DNA of 64,000 nucleotides, from contig JAADVB010000012.1 of NCBI GenBank assembly GCA_023334545.1, forward strand, positions 62,001-126,000. Reading direction: 5' to 3'. The position numbers were made by a program, and so were the translations under genes. The notes under the pieces are model-generated. The model worked only from the letters and a program-made list of their open reading frames with translations. It was not told the DNA's origin and did no database searches. Position 1 is the stretch's first letter, and every line of letters starts with the position of its first letter. This DNA comes from Salisapilia sapeloensis CBS 127946. Its lineage: Eukaryota; Protista; Oomycota. Shown piece by piece: positions 55,285 through 64,000 of the stretch.

Positions 55285-57077
55285 ATGGACGATAAGGACG
55301 CGAAAGCACAGGCTTTTGTGCATCGCTTGTTGGATTTTGCCAATACGGATCAGTTCTACAAGTTCATACAAGAACACTCTATTAACTTTGACCAACAGAA
55401 TGAACAGGGATGGACGCTACTCTTGTCAGCTTGTGTCAAACGTACGAAATCGTAGTATTTGTTCGTCTATGATGGTCTTTTAACATCAGTATAGCTTCTA
55501 ACGGCCCATGCTTGTATCACAGGAAGATTCGATGTGATCGGGTACATTATGGACAATACGACGAAGGTCGACTGCCGTCTCATGCCAAATCATATGACCG
55601 TCCTCCACCTTGCTATCATCGCTGCCAACGTACATGCCCACCATAACCTTTATCAGCACTTTTACTAATATATTAAATATACAGGGCGACATGCTAGATA
55701 GTAGAGCAATGGTAGATGAAATGATCGCCACTCCAGCGCGTTTGGACAAGCTGCGGTCCATTGTGAACGTGCCCAATGCCAACAAGGATACACGTAGACA
55801 AGTTTCTTTGCCTCCTACACTCCATTAAGCTAACAAGTTTCTGTTGCATAGCATTGATGATGGCATGTGTGGTCAAGGATGATGACGTAGTACGAAAGCT
55901 TTTGTATGAGCTACACGCCGATGTGATAGCTAAAAACGCTGCAGGAATGACTGCACTCATGTGCGCTGCTCGTCTTCCGTCCGGGGAAGAGTATAAAGAC
56001 GAAGCTGATCGATCTGAATCCGAATCCAGCAGTGTTGCTATACTAGAAGCTTTGACAGAAACGGCGGCAGACGACAACGTCAAGATCCAAGAGTTAGTGG
56101 ATAGTCAAGATTATGGCCAAGGCAACACGGCTCTACACCTTGCAGTCATGAGCAACAATCTTTCAGGCGTTCGGTACCTGTTACAAGGAAGCTCCAGAGC
56201 TTCATTTAGTGCTGACGTATCAATCCAGAATAAATTCAAGCAGACACCGTTGGATGTCGCACGTGCACTCGAAGGGCAGATCGATGCTGCTATTATCCAG
56301 TTATTACAAGAGCAATGGGAAGAAAATACAGCAAAGGCACTTAAAGCGCTATCGGAATTAGAAACGACTGAAGACAAAAAGCAGACAAGTGCCGCTGTAT
56401 CTCGAAAGGGGTATCAACGACGAAAGCAGAAGAAGAAGAAACGTACAAAGAATTCGACAGAGACGACACAGAAAAGAGACACAACGGATGATTCATGTCA
56501 TAGCAATAGTACACACGAAGAAGTAGCTGGAGTGTTCGTTCCAAATGCTGAAAGTAGTCAGTCGGCACAGAAAGATGCATCTCAGCCGTACGAACAAAAG
56601 CACAGAGAAGAAGAGACTAAGGCAGCTATGTCAGAGCAACACGAAGGTGGCACCTTGGATGTGGAGACTACCTCTCAAGACCAGACTGCAAGTGCTTCTA
56701 GGAGTTCCTCCCGTCTTGCGAGTGATAAAAGCCATACGTACGAGTCTTTACAGAGTCTGTTTGAAGCGATGGTCCCCATGGCGACAGAGTTAGAGATCGA
56801 TGTTGATAAGTTCTTGATTACAAGACCCCATCCGAAATTCTCGGGTCAATCGTCCGGCTCAATCGATGACTTGAGTTTTTCTCAAGTCGACGCACTGCAG
56901 GAAGCTCATCTCCAAGCGTACCATTATTTGAATGAAAGAAAGGTACGTAATGAACGCTTACAATGTTTTAATAGTACTAAGCATATGTATTCATAGGTGG
57001 AATTAACGCGACAGTTGGAAGCACAGCGACTCCAGGCTGAATTGGAGCTACAATATCAACTGTTTCGGACGGAATGA
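55285..57077 (+). CDS. Ankyrin repeat protein with low-complexity linker and C-terminal coiled coil, multi-exon
   Basis: EQGWTLLLSAC, AAGMTALMCAA, GNTALHLAV, KQTPLDVA; last exon ends at TGA 57075-57077. Confidence 0.8.
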
Positions 57078-57091
57078 TACAAGAGCAGGAT

Positions 57092-58361
<1,270 letters not shown>

Positions 58362-58474
58362 TATACTTTAAGAGACGTCTACCACCAAGGCAGTTTCATG
58401 CGAGCCAAAACGAGTGATGTATCCAAGATCGTCTATTCCATTCCTAACTACTGCCCTATTGCTCCAAGACTCAA

Positions 58475-59650
58475 CTAGTTCTCGTCTTTACTCTTGTCAC
58501 CAGTCACTTCAGAGACATGTGTATGGAAGACAAGACCTCGGTATCGAGATTCCAAGTCCAGCATGACTTGCTCGAAACGAACACAAGTGGATGCACTAGG
58601 TGTCGATTCAAATACGTTTTTCACTCCCTCTCCTTGTTTCTCCGATCCGACTTCCGTAAGGATACGACCAGGTAGTGTCGTCGTCGCTGGATCCAACAAG
58701 ACAGGCAAGCCTCTCGCGATCGGATGGTAGAAACGAAGTCCATCGCCTGGCATACTTTCATCCGACTCGTTCGGATTGGCAAATAAAGCGAGATGAGGTT
58801 CGTACTCGAGAGCGCTAGGTGACATCTTGCCTACTTCATTCTCCGTGATGTACGGTGGGTTGGCTAAGATAACATCAAACTGCTGATACAGTCGATCGTC
58901 ATCGATAGAGACGTATGGTAAGTCCATGATGTCTTTCTCAATGAATTCTGAACGCAGTGACAGGTCGTGGGACCTAGCATTTCGACGAGCTACGTTCAGT
59001 GCATTAGCTGAAATGTCGATCCCGACGCCGGTGCTAAAGGGGAATTGAGCCAATGCAGCTAATAGAAGACATCCAGAGCCTGTGCCAATGTCTAGAATGC
59101 GCAATGGAGCTTGCTTCGGATATTTTTCCTAGTGCGCACGTGAGATAAGCGTGGTGGTATGTGGAAAAGGAAGATGAATGGCATACGACGAGCGTTTGGA
59201 TGAGAATTTCGCTGTCGTTGCGTGGAATGAGTGTATCTTTCGTGACTTTAAAGTCCATCCCGTAGAACTCTTTGCTGCCTAAAACGTAGGCGAGTGGCTC
59301 TCCTTTGCATCGACGCTGGACAGCGTCGAGAAAGCGATTTCTTTCCTCTAATGTCAGCTATAAACTCATGAGTACATCGTTGGTAGACACGATACAAACA
59401 TTTGATAGTAGCATACATGTCGATCAAGATGTAGGATAACGTCGTGGCTGCTCTGGAGCCGGGGACGCAAAGCATGTGCCATCATGGCATTTGTCTCAAT
59501 ATCGCTGACATGAGCTGCTTGCAATTGCTGTCGATACGACTTTAGCAACTCACGACAAGTCGAATGAGTAGTGCGGCTATGCACATGGAAGTATGACTGA
59601 ATAAACGGTCGATGCAGTCGACGTAGAGGTCGATGGAATACTCCAGCCAT
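58475..59650 (-). CDS. HEMK1: HemK/PrmC release-factor glutamine methyltransferase, likely mitochondrial, multi-exon
   Basis: [44 protein letters not shown]. Confidence 0.92.
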
Positions 59651-59751
59651 GCGTGTTCTCAGGTGTCAACAGGTCGTGTTTTATATCCACTTCAGCTACT
59701 TCATGTAGATGGTACACGATTCGCTTGGACCAATCGACACAAGAACGCACT

Positions 59752-59988
59752 ATGTCGGTCTATGATGAGGTCGAGCTGGAGGACATGGAGTTTGACGACG
59801 AGGAGCAAGTCTACTACTATCCCTGCCCATGTGGAGATAAGTTTTTCATCGAATTAGCAGACCTGTATGACGGTGAAGACATTGCCGAATGTCCGAGCTG
59901 TTCCCTAACGATTCGCGTGCTGTACGATGAAACTGGATTGCCAAAATTGAATGAAACGGATGATGAAGGGAGCGATTTAGAGGAGTAA
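59752..59988 (+). CDS. DPH3: Diphthamide biosynthesis protein 3 (CSL zinc finger, KTI11)
   Basis: [34 protein letters not shown]. Confidence 0.96.
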   Translation: MSVYDEVELEDMEFDDEEQVYYYPCPCGDKFFIELADLYDGEDIAECPSCSLTIRVLYDETGLPKLNETDDEGSDLEE

Positions 59989-60327
59989 TATGTCCTTTCA
60001 TCGCCACATCCTACAAATGTAAGCGACGCTGGAAAACCATGGACGTACATTGCCCATCACTACACATCAAGACAGAGAACAAAAACAGCAAAGGAAACCT
60101 TTATCACATGTTCCCCAAGAATGGAAGACGGGAGCTAGAATAGCATCGTCAATAGCAATCAAATACATGAATAAACTCTACTTCACCTCAGCATTCCATG
60201 TCCATTTCGCTTCAAAAGCCTTTCAAGATCATGTACATACTAGCTCCGTCTCATATTACACTTGATTAAAGTATATAAATCGCTTTAAGCGGAAGACCGC
60301 ACAAAGGACCACCAAAATCAAACCAAA

Positions 60328-60710
60328 ATGAGCGAAGGAGAGGTCGTAGCACGTGATCCGCGTTTGCCTCGGTACCCGGTCATCGCGAAGGATCCGGAGT
60401 GGAATGACATTCGTGGCAACTATAGCGGCTCGGACTACATGAAGTGGTGGGGCACCACCGCTGTGTCGCTTCCCACGGGCTATGTTTTCGGTACACACAA
60501 AGCTATAGAGTTTGCCTTTTTAAATTATACTGACATTGTATTGTAGGCATGCGATTAGCACCACGTGTGGCTGTTCCATCGATGGTGGTGACGGGCTTCC
60601 TGGGCGCCGTCGGTGGCTACCTGTGGGCGTTCCAGTCCTCGTCGTTCCGACTACAGGGATTCGCGCCCAACGACCGTGAGGTTCGCAAGTACATCCCAGC
60701 TGACGAATAA
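60328..60710 (+). CDS. Complex I NUXM / 20.9-kDa subunit (2 exons)
   Basis: PRYPVIAKDP...GYVFG|...PSMVVTGFLGAVGGYLWAFQSSSFRLQGFAPNDREV; intron 60491-60546. Confidence 0.85.
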
Positions 60711-61323
60711 GCCGGAATGTGTATTGTAGAGCAGTCTTGTCTTTCGGCTAAAGAGCAAGGGCATGGAACGAAACGTCGACAGAGAATTGATACCTCAAAG
60801 TCTCTTTATCTTTGTTTCTCTCTTACTTGTTTGCAGTTTACTACGTATGTATATAAATACATTATACAGATATAGATAAAGTCTCACTGGGTACAGACAA
60901 GTACTCCCATCATGCACGCAGATCACTAGAGCTAGATACTCAAACGACCAATATAGCAAATAAATAGAGCTTAGAAAGCTAGTTATGGAGATCAATATAC
61001 TCTCAACCACCAGTTCTAACACATATTATCTACCAGACGTTTGCATTCGGTGTATACAATAGGTACTAGCAACTTTGGCAAAGCCATCTTGCTAGCACAT
61101 GAATTCAGTACCAACATACCCATCTACCGACTAAAAGTTATGTTTTACAGTAAAATTAACAAATGCGACTGTACCAATACCATCAAATCGTCCAAGTGTA
61201 GTATTTGTACATATAGAGCATACGTAAAAGCAGTACTTTAATCGGTTGGCCTACAGCCCAAAGCTTTTCACCACCCGACTCCATTCATCAAATCTCCCAG
61301 CAGACCTCGTTTTTTCATCGACT

Positions 61324-62138
61324 ATGGAGCACATTGACCAGGTAGCTTCTGCTTCCACTCTCGTCTAAAGGGTACGGTAGGTTCTGCTCATGAGATCGAC
61401 TGGGAAGTGCGAAAAAAGGAATAGACAATAGGCCAGTATTCAAGTCATAAGCGACTGGAACCGTTCATGTCTGGCTAGCTAGTTGGTTGGGGTGATGGCC
61501 CACCAAGGCTGTAATCCACAAATCACGTCCTATATTGGATAAGTGTGCCTCCGATCCCATCCTCGGAACAGTACCAGTTTATCGCTACTTCCATTTCGGA
61601 AGACAGACCACGACCTACTCCTTGCAATCCTCTCTGTCAATCCCCGATCTCGTACTCACCTCTCCTTTTCTCATAGACTGAACAAGCCTTCCAGAAGCAG
61701 GATGGTGTCTTCATTGCCAGCCGCAAGTTTGCCGGCAAGAAGAACGGTCCTCGTTTCTACAAGAACGTCGGACTTGGCTTCAAGACGCCCAAGGCTGCCA
61801 TTGAAGGCCAGTACGTCGACAAGAAGTGCCCCTTCACGAGCGACGTTGCCATCCGTGGACGTATCCTTAAGGGTGTCGTTCTCTCCACCAAGATGAAGCG
61901 CACCATCATCGTCCGTCGTGACTACCTTCACTACGTCAAGAAGTACAAGCGTTTCGAGAAGCGTCACAAGAACGTTGCCGCTCACATCTCGCCGTGCTTC
62001 CGTGTCAAGGCCGGTGACGTCGTCACGCTCGGTCAGTGCCGTCCTCTTGCCAAGACGGTCCGTTTCAACGTCCTCGAAGTGGACGCCATCTCTGAGACCA
62101 AGCCGGTGAACGTCCGTAAGCAGTTCCGTCAGTTCTAA
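61324..62138 (+). CDS. RPS11: 40S ribosomal protein S11 (uS17), 2 exons
   Basis: MEHIDQ|TEQAFQKQ...GLGFKTP...DKKCPFT...[14 protein letters not shown]...[14 protein letters not shown]. Confidence 0.98.
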
Positions 62139-62207
62139 GCTGCTTGGACTCTCCTACGATCAGCAGAATGAAAATACATGGAGGTCTTTGCTGAAAATTA
62201 TGTCTTG

Positions 62208-63977
62208 TTATTCCAAGTTACCAGCTTCTCTCTCTACAGCTCGTTCGAGCTGCGTGTGTTCTGTTAACGTAATGTGATTAATGTACTCTTCAAAGCGATG
62301 GATGTCTCTTGCTCGACGCTGTAGGTAGTGATGCTCCTTCCATCGCTTTTCTCTGTTTTGAGATTCATCTTCCGTCCGACGCTTATGGTGGACTTGCTCT
62401 CGTTCTTTATCTAAAGCTTCATCCTCTTCCATCTCTTGCTGAGCTGTCGTCCAGTCTTGGAAAAAGGTGTCCAGTAGCTCAAAGTATAGAGACAAGTTGG
62501 CATGGGATTGCTGCTGGAGATAGTCCAATTGACGCATGCTTCGTCGATAGTTATTCTTCTTTGAGCGCTTGGCCTTTGTGGACAGTTGAATTGGTAACTT
62601 GGACGTGAGGTAATCCAGTCGAGTGACACTTTTGCCGTTTGTCGTGAATGGTAGGTGGGATCGAGATCGATGATGGAGATCTATGTGACGATGTCTTGCT
62701 TTCGTCGAGCCATGGAGAAAAGCACCTTCATACCAATAGTCCCAAGAATTATCATTTGTAGACTCGGGAGCTTTGTAGTAGAAGTCTCCTCGACCATTCA
62801 TAGCGTTATCATGCCAAAAGCCAACGTACTTTGCTTTCTTGTCGTTCAAAGTACATGTACCTCGCCCTTGTTTCACACCAACATCAAAGAAACCGTCATA
62901 TACATCTCCATTCTTTTCGATTAACTTGCCACGACCATGCAACTCACCATTCTCAAACTCTCCTTCTTGTATCATACCACTCGGATACGTTCTTCGACAG
63001 TGTTTACCATGCAACAGACCATTGACAAACGTTCCTTCATCAACGACACCCACGGAGGATCTATATTTGCCTAAACCAGTTACTGTACCATCCACCATTT
63101 CGCCTTCATAAACTGCTCCATCGGGAAATTCGATCCGTTCGCGCTCTCCATGGAGCACACCATCCCGATAGGCATCTCCATTTAGCAACGAAGACTCAAT
63201 AACAGCATCACTGTGGTACTCGTACGTACGAGATGGTCGTTGGTACGACCCAGACGCGATACTGCCATCGCCATACACAAAACGGCCCTCACCTTTTCGA
63301 GTATTGTCGACAAAATAACCAGTATAGATGCCTTCGTTCGTGTACTCTTTTCCCAATCCATGCTTTTTGCCCATTTCCCACATGCCTGCGTAAGCTGATC
63401 CAATTGCAGAGATGTGGAAATCTTCATCACAAGGAGAAGTAAACTCTTGGTTCACGAGTTGGATGTCCATACCTTCTCCATGTTTTACTCTCCGAAGGCG
63501 AACTGCCCTCATGTTCACTTCCTTGTCCAAATCTTTAGCTGAGTATGAATCTTTATCATTATCGTCGTCTTCTATGAAAGCAATAGGACTTGGTCGTGTA
63601 CGCAAGAGACAGACATAATTCCAATCGCACTTCTTCATTGCAACGTCCGTCAGTTCTGCTGCTCGACAGCTTGTGAATTGAGCTATCCATGTACGAGTTT
63701 CAACTCGATCATTTTCGATGTCACTGCTTTGCGTGGAAGAGTTATTTTCTTTCGACCAAGGGGACAACTCGATAGGCTCGGTCAATAGAAGACGCTCGAC
63801 ACGTCGGTACCTCTTCCGAAGTATCATGAGCTCAGAATTTAATCTAGCAGTATGGTTTGAGATCATGTCCCTAAGCTCGTGTTTTACTTGATCTTCATTC
63901 TGTGGTTTCTCTCCAACGCTCACCTCTGGTATCATCTTCTGCCTCTGCTTAAGCAGCGTTTGCTTTCGAACTGCCAT
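62208..63977 (-). CDS. MORN repeat protein
   Basis: Repeated YxGxWxxGKKHGxG units (YAGMWEMGKKHGLG, YEGEMVDGTVTGLG, YDGFFDVGVKQGRG, YVGFWHDNAMNGRG). Confidence 0.88.
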   Translation of the reverse strand: MAVRKQTLLKQRQKMIPEVSVGEKPQNEDQVKHELRDMISNHTARLNSELMILRKRYRRVERLLLTEPIELSPWSKENNSSTQSSDIENDRVETRTWIAQFTSCRAAELTDVAMKKCDWNYVCLLRTRPSPIAFIEDDDNDKDSYSAKDLDKEVNMRAVRLRRVKHGEGMDIQLVNQEFTSPCDEDFHISAIGSAYAGMWEMGKKHGLGKEYTNEGIYTGYFVDNTRKGEGRFVYGDGSIASGSYQRPSRTYEYHSDAVIESSLLNGDAYRDGVLHGERERIEFPDGAVYEGEMVDGTVTGLGKYRSSVGVVDEGTFVNGLLHGKHCRRTYPSGMIQEGEFENGELHGRGKLIEKNGDVYDGFFDVGVKQGRGTCTLNDKKAKYVGFWHDNAMNGRGDFYYKAPESTNDNSWDYWYEGAFLHGSTKARHRHIDLHHRSRSHLPFTTNGKSVTRLDYLTSKLPIQLSTKAKRSKKNNYRRSMRQLDYLQQQSHANLSLYFELLDTFFQDWTTAQQEMEEDEALDKEREQVHHKRRTEDESQNREKRWKEHHYLQRRARDIHRFEEYINHITLTEHTQLERAVEREAGNLE

Positions 63978-64000
63978 ATCTATGTCTTTCCGAAGTTTCT

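Overview
Gene-dense eukaryotic nuclear DNA with about 38 protein-coding genes, short GT-AG introns (mostly 53-70 nt) and very short intergenic spacers. The gene content (GT71 mannosyltransferase, tandem-domain cathepsin X, NUXM-type complex I subunit, TEX9, TCATTY initiator motifs) points to an oomycete or close stramenopile; this is inferred, not confirmed by search. Most genes are housekeeping (two kinesins, PKA, AGC kinase, RPL32, RPS11, COX11, NF-YB, GCSH, PUS1, RPN10, MINDY, HemK, DPH3, MZT1). The most notable locus is 8.1-13.2 kb. It holds a mitochondrion-targeted NAD-dependent formate dehydrogenase with bacterial-type signatures, tail-to-tail with a complete five-intron LarC nickel-pincer-cofactor nickel insertase (only fragments appear in the ORF track). 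LarC in turn shares a 100-bp divergent spacer with an intact but apparently catalytically dead MULE-transposase-derived gene. Other points: an intronless zinc-repeat plus HNH-like nuclease gene, two diverged NUXM paralogs with the same intron position, a spliced Ig+PH+coiled-coil gene, a GT8 with degenerate catalytic motifs, and a decayed ~0.5 kb repeat present twice 50 kb apart. No rRNA, tRNA or CRISPR was seen. All calls come from motif recognition and manual splicing; no database search was run.
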